From Octopus bimaculoides (taxonomy: Eukaryota): a stretch of 44,342 nucleotides of DNA. The stretch spans positions 17,873,518 through 17,917,859 of the forward strand of contig NC_069001.1 of NCBI RefSeq assembly GCF_001194135.2, read 5' to 3'. Below the pieces are notes generated by a model that had not been told where the DNA came from, did not search any database, and saw only the letters and a program-made list of their open reading frames with translations. Shown here one piece after another: positions 24,358 to 35,712 of the stretch (positions within the stretch are counted from its first letter, which is position 1; each line of letters opens with the position of its first letter). The translations under genes were made by a program, and so were the position numbers.

Positions 24358-24884
24358 NNNNNNNNNNNNNNNNNNNNNNNNNNNNNNNNNNNNNNNNNNN
24401 NNNNNNNNNNNNNNNNNNNNNNNNNNNNNNNNNNNNNNNNNNNNNNNNNNNNNNNNNNNNNNNNNNNNNNNNNNNNNNNNNNNNNNNNNNNNNNNNNNNN
24501 NNNNNNNNNNNNNNNNNNNNNNNNNNNNNNNNNNNNNNNNNNNNNNNNNNNNNNNNNNNNNNNNNNNNNNNNNNNNNNNNNNNNNNNNNNNNNNNNNNNN
24601 NNNNNNNNNNNNNNNNNNNNNNNNNNNNNNNNNNNNNNNNNNNNNNNNNNNNNNNNNNNNNNNNNNNNNNNNNNNNNNNNNNNNNNNNNNNNNNNNNNNN
24701 NNNNNNNNNNNNNNNNNNNNNNNNNNNNNNNNNNNNNNNNNNNNNNNNNNNNNNNNNNNNNNNNNNNNNNNNNNNNNNNNNNNNNNNNNNNNNNNNNNNN
24801 NNNNNNNNNNNNNNNNNNNNNNNNNNNNNNNNNNNNNNNNNNNNNNNNNNNNNNNNNNNNNNNNNNNNNNNNNNNNNNNNNNNN

Positions 24885-24917
<33 letters not shown>

Positions 24918-25049
24918 TTGTCACTATCCTCACAATCTTTATGCCTACTATTACTCTCACCCCAGCATGAGGAAGTGTCATTGAATAGTGAGAGAGGAGG
25001 GGGTCAAAGTGTGACAAACTGACACACAGAAATTAGTTTCCGCATTTAT

Positions 25050-26626
25050 TCATCATCATCATCATCGTCTTCGTTTAACGTCTGCTTTCCATGCTGGCAT
25101 GGATTGGACGGTTTGACTGAAGGCTGGCAAGCCAGAAGGCTGCACCAGGCTCCAATCTGATCTGGCAAAGTTTCTACAGCTGGATGCCCTTCCTAAAGCC
25201 AACCACTCCGAGAGTGTAGCGGGTGCACGAGGACCAGTCAACCGGCACTGGCATCGACCATGCTCAAATGGTGCTTTTGAAGTACTGGCATCGGCCATGA
25301 CAACAATTTCACTTGCATCATCAGGTCTTCGCAAGAGCAGTTTATTGCCCAATGATTGAAGGGTACTCTGAAATGGGCTGATTAAGCTGCACTGGCACAG
25401 GCTACGGTTACGGTCTCACTTGGCTTACTGGTTCTTCTTAAGCACAGCATATCTCCAAAGGTCTCAGTCACTTGTCATCACCTCTGTAAAGACCAACATT
25501 CAAAGAGCGTGCTTCACCACCTCATCCTAGGTCTTCCTGAGTCTACCTCTTCCACAGGTTCCCTCTAATGCTAGGGTGTGACACTTTTTCACACAGCTGT
25601 CCTCATCCATATACAACACAAGACCATACCAGTGCAGTTGTCTCTCTTACACACTACATCTGATGCTTCTTATGTCCAACTTTTCTCTCAGGTCATGTAT
25701 GCACACTGACATTACATATCCAGCGGAGCATACTGGCTTCATTCCTTGCAAGCTTACGCATATCCTCAGCAGTCACAGTTCATGTTTCATTGCCATGTGG
25801 CATGGCTATTCGTACACATGTGTCATACAGTCTACCTTTTACTCTGAGCGAAAGGCCCTTTGTCACTAGCAGAGGTAGGAGCTTTCACAACTTTGCCCAG
25901 GCTATTCTTATTCTAACAGCTACACTCTCAGAGCATCCACCCCAGCTACTGACTTAGTCACCTTGGTAATGGAAGCTATCAACTACTTCTAGTTTTTCCC
26001 CACTGGAATGTGACAGAAGCTGTTTTCTGCACATTTTCAGTGTTTATTGCCCCTGAGCATTTGCCACACACAAAAACTATCTTCCCAGTTAGCCTTCCTT
26101 TGATATTGCTGCACCTTTTACGTGTCCATAGCTTACAATGGGTACATCTTATGGAGTTTCTACTGATGCCTTTTCTACAGGGCCATCTATCTGAAGGGAT
26201 TTGTGATTTGTCTGCCTTCCTACTTATTAAGACTGGCTTTTGTTAGATTTTGTTCGATTCTAGACCTTGCTTTCATACCTGAAACTTCTCTAGTTCTGAT
26301 AGTGACTCAGCTAATAGAGCAAGGTTATCAGCACAGAGAAGCTCCCAGGGGCATCCTGTCTTGAATTCCTCTGTTATTGCCTGGAGAACTTTGATGAAAA
26401 AGAGAGGGTTGAGGACTGATCCTTGGTGGACCCCTACCCCTATATGGAATTCTTCATTGTACTCATTGCCAACCTTCACCTTACTGACAGCATCCCTGTA
26501 CATGGCTTGTATAGCTCTCACTAACCACTCATCTATCCCTAGTTTCTACATTGACCACCAGATAAGGGATCAGGGGACTGTGTCAAAGGCTTTCTCCATG
26601 TCAACGAAAGCCAGGTACAGAAGCTT
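25050..26626 (-). mobile_element. RTE-clade LINE remnant, 5'-truncated
   Basis: LAFVDMEKAFD; AIQAMYRDAVSKVKVGNEY; GVHQGSVLNPLFF; ELLCADNL; (GAT)n tail at ~25050. Confidence 0.9.
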
Positions 26627-27499
26627 ATCTTCAAGCACTGACTGAAGCCACTCAAGTTGCTCACAGTACATCTCGTTTGCTATCATTTGGTTTGGGTTTA
26701 TAAGTTCAAAGTGGACTAAACCTTTCATATCCCACTAAACAGATAACAACACTTTACGTAGGTCAAGACTTTCTTTCGCTTAGGGAGCTGGTGTTTCTCC
26801 CTTCCCTACCTATTGTCTTCAGTGCTTGAAATTTTTATAGAGAACACATTTCTCATCACCAGTCACTATTCAGTCCAAAACAAGGTTCATTCGTGAGATG
26901 TGACAGCACAAAAGAGCACATAATCACTCTCTGTGCATGATTAGACTCAGAAAGTCTGTGACAAAGCCATTGACCCAATTTGCTTATTTTTCTGAAGGCA
27001 CACTGGTGTCAATGAATGGCTGAATGACCAAATCCAAGCTTCTCTGCAAGTTCCTCAACAGTTATGATGTGATTTTGTTCAACCAGAGTTTGTAGGATGT
27101 CCTCATTGAGCTCTATAGATCTTCCAGGACAAGGCTCATTTTCTAGGGTGTAGTTTACAGCCTGGGATTTATGGAACCACCATTGACACAGGCTTATGCT
27201 AATTGTCCTATCCCCATACACTGCATAAATATTCCTCACACTTTGCATTGCATTGTTGCCTTTATTGAATACATAAAGCAAAATATGTTGAATATGCTCC
27301 TCTGTCACTTCCATTATAGCTTTGAAACAATAACTGTTAAAATCGAACTGCACTCTTCAAAACTTGCACTAAGAATAAGTACAAGGTAAAATTACTACCT
27401 GCTTTTATAGCAAGATCATGCAGATAGTTTATCCTGTTCCCCTCCGACTTTTAGTTCACGCAATTGAAAAGAATCTGCATTACTTAAGGGATGACCCAA
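26627..27499 (-). mobile_element. mariner transposon, 5' half (mellifera-like), truncated by the RTE
   Basis: TIR-like ttgggtcatcccttaagtaatgcagatt next to TA (27500-27501). MEVTEEHIQHILLYVFNKGNNA...CQWWF...GRSIELNEDIL HTH region, then VTGDEKCVLY and VHFEL...MYCEQL. Confidence 0.82.
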
Positions 27500-27510
27500 T
27501 ATATATATAT

Positions 27511-27739
27511 CATCATCATCATCGTTTAACGTCCGCTTTCCATGCTAGCATGGGTTGGACGATTTGACTGAGGACTGGTGAAACCGGATGGCAACACCAG
27601 GCTCCAATCTAAATTTGGCAGAGTTTCTACAGCTGGATGCCCTTCCTAACGCCAACCACTCAGAGAGTGTAGTAGGTGCTTTTACGTGTCACCTGCACGA
27701 AGGCCAGTCAGGCGATACTGGCAACGGCCACGCTTGAAA
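27511..27739 (-). mobile_element. Young RTE-tail element (near-identical to 42044-42270), entering a gap
   Basis: (GAT)n tail plus ccatgctagcatgg hairpin. About four differences from the 42044 copy over ~230 bp, by eye. Confidence 0.85.
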
Positions 27740-28552
27740 NNNNNNNNNNNNNNNNNNNNNNNNNNNNNNNNNNNNNNNNNNNNNNNNNNNNNNNNNNNNN
27801 NNNNNNNNNNNNNNNNNNNNNNNNNNNNNNNNNNNNNNNNNNNNNNNNNNNNNNNNNNNNNNNNNNNNNNNNNNNNNNNNNNNNNNNNNNNNNNNNNNNN
27901 NNNNNNNNNNNNNNNNNNNNNNNNNNNNNNNNNNNNNNNNNNNNNNNNNNNNNNNNNNNNNNNNNNNNNNNNNNNNNNNNNNNNNNNNNNNNNNNNNNNN
28001 NNNNNNNNNNNNNNNNNNNNNNNNNNNNNNNNNNNNNNNNNNNNNNNNNNNNNNNNNNNNNNNNNNNNNNNNNNNNNNNNNNNNNNNNNNNNNNNNNNNN
28101 NNNNNNNNNNNNNNNNNNNNNNNNNNNNNNNNNNNNNNNNNNNNNNNNNNNNNNNNNNNNNNNNNNNNNNNNNNNNNNNNNNNNNNNNNNNNNNNNNNNN
28201 NNNNNNNNNNNNNNNNNNNNNNNNNNNNNNNNNNNNNNNNNNNNNNNNNNNNNNNNNNNNNNNNNNNNNNNNNNNNNNNNNNNNNNNNNNNNNNNNNNNN
28301 NNNNNNNNNNNNNNNNNNNNNNNNNNNNNNNNNNNNNNNNNNNNNNNNNNNNNNNNNNNNNNNNNNNNNNNNNNNNNNNNNNNNNNNNNNNNNNNNNNNN
28401 NNNNNNNNNNNNNNNNNNNNNNNNNNNNNNNNNNNNNNNNNNNNNNNNNNNNNNNNNNNNNNNNNNNNNNNNNNNNNNNNNNNNNNNNNNNNNNNNNNNN
28501 TATGCATATATAGGCATATCATACATATACACACACACAAACACACTGACTG

Positions 28553-28598
<46 letters not shown>

Positions 28599-28634
28599 TG
28601 TATTCCCAAGTCTATATATGTATTCCCAGTTATA

Positions 28635-29892
28635 TTAGGTTGTCAAGAAAGTTCTTACAGAATTTTTTATTTTGGTTTTAAATGATGTATTTTCAAATTA
28701 ATTTTCGTTAAATTACTTTGACTTTATATATCATATTAAAGCCCGTTTTTCGCTCTATCTAATCATGTTACTCTTTTTCTTTTTGAATAATTAGGCCATT
28801 CTTTCTAGAACGTTGAATACAACATGGACAAAAAGCAAATTCACACAATTTTCTTATTCCAGTTCAAGCTAGGCTGAAAAGCTGCTGAAACAGCTCACGA
28901 TATCAACGATGTGTTTGGCTCAGGAACCACTAATGAACGTACAGCACAATGGTGGTTCAAGAAATTTTGTAGCGGTGACAAGAATCTTCAAGATGATAAG
29001 CGTAGTGGTCGACCATCGGATGTTGAGAACGATCAACTAAAAAGCCTTAATCAAAGCCAATCCACGCACAACTGTTTGAGAGCTTGATTCTGAATTAGAC
29101 GTAACGTATACGACAATTTCCAACCACTTGAAAGAGATTGGAAAAACAAAAATACTTGAGAAATGGGTGCCGCACAAATTGAATGATAACCAAAAAAAAC
29201 ACCATTTTGAAGTCATCTTCCCTTCTTTTACGCAACAAGAATGACCCGTTTCTCGACCAGATTGTGACTTGCAATGTAAAGTGGATTCTTTACTACAACT
29301 GGTGACGCTCAGCTCAGTGGTTGGACGCTGATGAAGCTCCACAGCACTTCCCGAAGCCAAAGTTACACCAAAAGAAGGTCATGGTAATTGTTTCGTGGTC
29401 TGTGGCCAGTCTCATCCATCACAGCTTTTTGGATCCAGGCGAAACCATTATGGCAGAGAAGTACTGTCAACAAATGGATGAAATGCATAAGAAACTCCGG
29501 CAACAACAGCCAGCATTGGTCAATAGAAAAGGACCAATTCTTCTCCATGACAACACTCGGCCACACAACTGATCCTGCAGAAGTTGAACGAATTGGGCTA
29601 CGAAACTCTGCCTCATCCGCCATACTCACCAGACCTCTTGCCTACCAACTACCACTTTTTCAAGCATCTTGACAACTTCCTGCATGAGAAATGCTTCAAA
29701 AACCAAGACGATGCCCACCACCAGAACGCAGGATTTTTACGCTACTGGCATAAATAAACTTGTTTTGCATTGGCAAAAGTGTGTTTTGTTTCTGATGGTT
29801 TTTTATTTCAATTAATAAAGTTTTGTTTCAGCCGAGATATGTGCATCTGAATTTAACGGTTAAAAACCGCAAGAACTTTCTTGACAGCCTAA
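28635..29892 (+). mobile_element. Full-length mariner (cecropia subfamily, Hsmar1-like) with a dead transposase
   Basis: TIRs ttaggttgtcaagaaagttcttac... and ...cgcaagaactttcttgacagcctaa; TA on the left, TG on the right. ATG 28824 gives MDKKQIHTIFLFQFKLG*KAAETA...WWFKKF...SGRPSDVENDQL...KWVPHKL...PKPKLHQKKVMV...LLHDNTRPH...PPYSPDLLPTNYHFFKHLDNFL, with stops and frameshifts. Confidence 0.95.
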
Positions 29893-30016
29893 TGGTACTG
29901 ATTTCAAAATTAGAAATGATCATTAAGTGATTTGCTTAAAATAAGAAATTCAAACCTGTAGAATTAGAAGTACTACTGATTATTATTATTACTGCTGCTG
30001 CTATTATTACTATTAA

Positions 30017-30475
30017 GGCAGCGAGCTGGCAGAATCATTTGCATGCTGGACGAAATGCTTAGTGGTATTTTGTCTGTTGCTACATTCTGAGTTCAAATTC
30101 CACTGAGATCAACTTTGTTTCATTCTTTCAGGGTTGATAAATTAAGTACCAATGAAACACTGGGTTGATGTAATCGACTAGTCCTCTACCCCAAAATTTC
30201 AGGCCTTGTGCCTTTAGTAGAAAGGATTATTTTTATTGTTATTATTATTTAGGTGGTGAGGTGGCAGAACTATAAGCACGCCAGGCAAAATGCTTAATGG
30301 TGTTTTATCCAACTTCAATGTTTTGAGTTCAAATGCCACCTAGGTTGACTTTGCCTTTCCCCCTTTCAGGGTCGATAAAATAAGTACCAGTTGAGCCCTG
30401 GGGATCAATGTAATCAACTTACTCCCTCCCACAAACTCTCTGACCTTGTGCCTATGGTAGAAAGGATTATTATTA
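30017..30475 (+). mobile_element. Two tandem tRNA-derived SINEs with a Meta-like central domain
   Basis: Copies at 30017-30230 and 30252-30475: ggc.g.gagctggcagaa head, gagttcaaat B-box, ctttca.gggt.gataaa.taagtacc core, (ATT)n tail. A related copy is at ~14430-14640. Confidence 0.75.
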
Positions 30476-30490
30476 TTATAAAATGAATAC

Positions 30491-30670
30491 CTTCATCGAG
30501 ACACCATCCTCATCATCTAACACTCCAGATTTCTCCATCGATACATAATTGATATCGTCAAAGTGTGTGCTTTGACGACATGTTGGACATTTCAAGTAGC
30601 CTTGAGACCGTTTAATGATGATATAGATACAGGAAATACAGTAGAAATGGCCGCAAATCAAAACAGCCCA
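30491..30670 (-). CDS. SHPRH: SHPRH exon (RING finger, C-terminal part)
   Basis: ccag|WAVLICGHFYCISCIYIIIKRSQGYLKCPTCRQSTHFDDINYVSMEKSGVLDDEDGVSMK|gtattc; 180 nt, phase 0/0. Confidence 0.95.
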
Positions 30671-31847
30671 CTGGAAAAAAAAAGGAAAAAAATCACCATC
30701 ACCATCATCATTTAATATCCCCTTTTCCATACCTGCATGGGTCAGACAGAATTCATAGAGGTACATTTTCTTTGGCCGGATGCTCTTTCTCTCCCCAAAC
30801 CTTACCTGTTTTCAAGCAAGGTGATCAATTCCCCAAGGCTGAGCATGTTTTCACAGAAGACTGGAAACAAAGGACATTGCTTGCATGATGGCAACAGTCA
30901 TTTACAACTTGTCAAGACAAAGAGAAAAACACATACAAAATATATGGAGAGAGAGAAAGAGGGAATAGTCATGTAGTCCCTCTACAGAAAGAACCCTGCT
31001 CTGCCTCTGCTCTCATACTTTAATCTAACATCTCCTTTGTAAAGCTGCCCCTCTGGGTTTGATGTATTGCCAGCTACATAGCAACCTCACTGCTGTTGGT
31101 GGCATGCAAAAGGCACCCAGTATAGACTGTGGACTGGTTGGCAAAGGGCATCAAGCTATAGAAACCATGCCGAAACAGACACTGCAGCATGATGCAGTCC
31201 TTTATCAGATCCTATCAAACTGTCCAACCCATTCTTGCATGGAACATGGATATTAAAAGATGATAATGATGGCAATAATGAATCTCGTTAACAAAAATGA
31301 TTTAAAATTCATTACAAGTTATCAAATATTGTAAAATGGTGTCAGATACAAAAATCATCATCATCATCTTTTAATGTCCATTCTCCATGCTGGCATGGGT
31401 TGGATAATTTTGACAGGAATTGGCCGTCTGGAGAACTGTCCAGGCTCTAATTGTCTGTTTTGGAATGGTTTCTATGGCTGGATGTCTTTCGTAATTCCAA
31501 ACACTATACAGAGTGTACTGAGTGTTTATAAAATTATGAATAATAGGGATCTTAAAAGACAGTATCAAATATGGCTTCATATATCATGTTTACAACATAT
31601 ATCCTGATTTTAGAATAGGTAAATTATGTCCCTGTATACTGTAAGAGGTTACTGACTAAAAAGATAGGCACCAGGAAAGACATCTGACCATGAAAAACTG
31701 ACTCATAAAAATTGTCCAACCCATATCAACATGGAAAAGCAGATATAAAATACTGCTGTTGATGATGCTGATGATGAGATCATGAGAAATGGTAAACAGA
31801 TTTACATAAATGGCAACACTCAGACAGTTTTGTTTTTTTGTCCTTAC

Positions 31848-31916
31848 CTTATCTTTCAGGACCTCTAGACAAATCAAACATTGAGTTGGAGGAGAATCTT
31901 CAGATGGATTAGCATC
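31848..31916 (-). CDS. SHPRH: SHPRH exon (first CxxC of the RING finger)
   Basis: tttcag|DANPSEDSPPTQCLICLEVLKDK|gtaagg; 69 nt. Completes a C3HC4 RING with the next exon. Confidence 0.92.
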
Positions 31917-32459
31917 CTGAAACAAACAATCAATAACTAAGAATTAATTAAACATTAATAAGATAAAATAATTGTTTCTATCAGAAGCACAAGACTAGAA
32001 ATATGAGCAAAGAGGCTTCTTAAACAATTGATCAATCCCAGTATTTGACTGCTACTTTAATTTTGTTACCCTTGGTGAAATTCTTTCTTGACAAAAACCA
32101 TATCTTTAACATAGCTGAGGCTACATTCCAGAATTTGAATCTATACAATCCCTTTCTTTCAGGTTCAGAAAATATCCCAGTTCTCATCCCACAACAATTA
32201 CTGGTACTCTACAAAGTTCAGGTGCTACCAAGCCAGCTCCCACTTTGAGCTGGTTCCAATTTAACCCCAAATGGTGGAAACCACCACTGCAACATCTGCA
32301 ACCAGATCTTCCAATCCCAGATAAGCCTGAATTCCAAAATGAGACAATATGGCAAAACATCAAACTAAGAACACTGCACAGCTGTGTCTTGCCAAACCCT
32401 CATTCACCAAAGTAATGAGAGAATCTCATTAAAAAAAGCTGAGGTGAGGACCACAATGA

Positions 32460-32602
32460 AGTAGTGCTCCCACATCTGAGACAACACTACTGCTACATAC
32501 AGAGACCTCCTAGACTGCATCCAGAGAAAGCTCAGTCAGCTAATTGTAATAAAATCACTCATAGACAAGCTCCAGTCATTGGCTCACGGACATACTGTAT
32601 CT

Positions 32603-32684
<82 letters not shown>

Positions 32685-32760
32685 CCTCTCTCTCTCTTTC
32701 TCTCTCTCTCTGCCTTCTCTACTGCTACTACAATGGCCTCTGCTCCTACCATAATGGACT
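32460..32760 (+). mobile_element. CR1/Jockey-like LINE C-terminal remnant split by a (CT)n tract
   Basis: .CSHIWD...LLDCIQRKLSQLI...LQSLAHGHTVSAL-[(CT)n]-LLYCYYNGLCS resembles YCSHIW...LLDRVQ...LQPLSHRR.VASLSLFYRYY.G.CS. Confidence 0.6.
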
Positions 32761-33587
32761 CATGAGTCCCTCAACTCAGGTACTCCTGACCCACTTGTCT
32801 CTTCTCTGCTTATCTCCACATTTTATACCCAACCCCACCTCACACAGTACCACACTAGCAACACCTTAACCAGTCCTTTTATCCCAGAACAGCAGCTTTC
32901 TGAAATCTTCTCCTTGCATATGTCTTTCTTGCAATGCTTTAAGCGAAGTATCAGCCATTTGGCATTCTGATTACTCTGTTAAAGGATTTGCTTATTTATT
33001 CACATTGTTTTGAATTGTTTTGCAGTATCTTTTAGGTTTGTAATTTCAATAATGTGAATGCATATTTTTAGAATGACATTGCAGAGTAGGAGTGAGAGAC
33101 CGGATCAGGCCATTTTGATTGGTACTTGTTTTATTGACCCTGAAAGGTAAAGTTGAATTCAGTGGGATTTGAACCCAGAATATATAGAGCCACTTTGTAG
33201 GGTGGTTGGTGTTAGGAAGGGTATCCAGCTGTGAAACCCATACTAAAACAATCAGTCAAGCCTGGTGCAGTCTTCTGCCAAGCCAGCTCCTGTCAAATTG
33301 TCCAACCAAGGCCAGCATGGAAAATGGATGTTAAATGATGATGATGATTAGGGCCTAATATGGCTGGTTTTAAATGCTAAAGGGTTAACAGCATCAATTT
33401 TCCCAATCACAGAGAGTCTGAAAAGGCCAATGGCATAGCCCTTTCTTCCAGGCCTAGTAAATAAAAGAAGCAAAGAACAAAAAAAATCGTCAAATCTCTT
33501 CACAGACCAGTTGTTCTGCTCTACAAAACACAATACAAAACAAACGCCCAATCTACATGATGTAAAAATGAAGTGTAAAACACAGAC

Positions 33588-33689
33588 CTTGGCTAAATTT
33601 TGCAAGTAAAACAGTTGTCCAAGTCTCTTCTTTAAATCATTGTCGGCTGATATCTTTTCATACCGCAGCCTCGTTTCTCTTTCTTTCAA
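33588..33689 (-). CDS. SHPRH: SHPRH exon (helix preceding the RING)
   Basis: ttcacag|LKERETRLRYEKISADNDLKKRLGQLFYLQNLAK|gtctgt; 102 nt. Compare vertebrate LQKKLGQLLYLTNLEK. Confidence 0.93.
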
Positions 33690-34708
33690 CTGTGAAAAAA
33701 AGAAGGAAAATAAATGAAATAAGTTGAAAGACATCAGAATATCTGAAAGGTGGAGATTTAATATGGAGTGTTTGGAATAGATCAGTTAGCTCAGTATTAA
33801 GAAATAATGAGAGAGAGAGAGAGAGAGAGAGAATGATACCTGAATCAATGCTGATGATGGTGGTAACAGTGGTGGTGAGTGGGAAGGAGGAGGAAGAGGA
33901 CAATGATGATGATGATGGAGGTGATGATGATAGTGGTAATTACACTGATGATATTGACAACAAAGATGAGAACAATGATGATAATGATGATGGTGGTTTC
34001 CAATATAGGCACAAGAGCCACAAATCTGGAGAAAAGAAGTAATTGACCAATAAAACTAAATAAAACTAAATAAAACCCCAAAATATATTTTATTTTTGTA
34101 TCACATTTTGTCAGATCACATTTCAATAACAACTACACATCATCATCATCACCAACATCTCATCATTGAACCAATGGGGTGGTGGGGAGCCTCTATAACA
34201 TGCATAGGCAACCTTTTATGAGAAGTAAGCTTCATGAGACTTGACTCAATATTAAGCAGGCTACACTACAAAAAAAAAAAATTCAAGGTGATTTTTTTTT
34301 TTTTTAAGCATGCCGTTCAGAAAGTCCCATGCTCTGACTGCTCTACACAGCCACTTAGCTAGCAAGAAATATAGCAGCCAAATCTCCCTAAAATCACATT
34401 CTATCTCCAAAAACAAAAAGTAATTATCATCATTTATCAACTTAACATCCACTTTTCCATGCTTGCAGAGACCAGATGGAGTTTATTGAGGCAGATTTTC
34501 TATGGTCAAATGCCCGTCTTGTTGTCAACCCTCACCTGTGTCCAAGCAAGGTAATATTTTTCCATGATCAAACATGTTCTCACAGAATATTGGAAACAAA
34601 TGACATTGCTTGTATGATAGCGACAATCATGTGATTATCACATGATGCCAAGACAAGAAAACACAAACATACACACACATCCTCCTCATTTGATATGCAT
34701 TTTTCATG

Positions 34709-34741
<33 letters not shown>

Positions 34742-35163
34742 CTCTCTCTATTTATATATACGTATATTACATATATATAGTTTTAAGAAAAAGAACCAAG
34801 GTTCATGAACTCATCGATGAAAATCCACTGTCACATATAGAAAAATTAATAAGTAAAAGCACAATAATATTACATACATATATATTTCAGCATGTGAAAC
34901 TGTTAATCCTGACACATATTTTTCCTTTCTCCGTTTTCTTTCCTTATTCCTTTCTGTCGGAAAGTGTAGACTCAAAACATCGAAAACTTTTCCATTTTCC
35001 TGAATGTAAAACTAATACACTTTATTTGTTGTTCCCTCGCCTGCTTCTGTCTTTTGTTTTTTGTACATTTGGACTGTGTGTGCACATGCACACACACACA
35101 ACCACTGGCATTCCAGACCTCAGTCAAACCGTCCAACCCATACCAACATGGGAAACAGACATC

Positions 35164-35528
35164 ATTGTATTGATAAATAAATAGATAAAGTACAGCTATG
35201 ACCATAAAAAATTTTTTTTTAAGTTTTGAAAGTTCTAACGATTGTTTCATGAATATATTACCTCTTAAAATGAAATCTAAAGTTGATAAGCATCGTTAGG
35301 AAGTATATCCACTCATCAAAAAAAAGGATGAATTTCAGTGGAAGAAATCGAATGAGAAAGGTGTTGTTTAAAAAAATTATTGGTATAAATCTGTGTTGGT
35401 AGAAATTTGAGCTAAAAATTTAGTAAAAAGTAAAATAAATTCATGAAATGATCATAAGTACTTTCAAAACTTAAGAAAAATTTTTTATGATCGCAACTGT
35501 ACTTTATCTATTTATTTATTAATACAAT
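35164..35528. mobile_element. Fold-back element/MITE with ~90-bp terminal inverted repeats
   Basis: 35164-35254 is the imperfect reverse complement of 35439-35528, around an AT-rich non-coding core. Confidence 0.75.
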
Positions 35529-35712
35529 ATTGCTTCTATTATGTACTTATCTCTGTTGTGCTTTTAAGATATAACTTTTCCTACCTTTACTCTTTAATAT
35601 ATAATCGCTCTCATTGAATCTCTAAATATCTTTTTAAGGTTTTAGACATTCTTCATACCAAGAGCACTTATCTGAAATCCAGTACACTTTGTTTTCAAAG
35701 GACATATTTGAT

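Noticed and set aside
25295-25330. CTGATGA...GAAA...TC on the minus strand
   Set aside because: Stems I and II do not pair, and the paralogous position at ~22670 lacks the core. Coincidental.
27565-27590. CTGAGGA-ctggt-GAAA in the young element (also ~42100)
   Set aside because: Five nucleotides cannot form stem II, there is no NUH/stem I closure, and older copies lack GAAA.
28824-29812. Possible domesticated SETMAR-like transposase
   Set aside because: It has multiple stops and frameshifts, retains both TIRs, is antisense to the host gene and has no SET exon.
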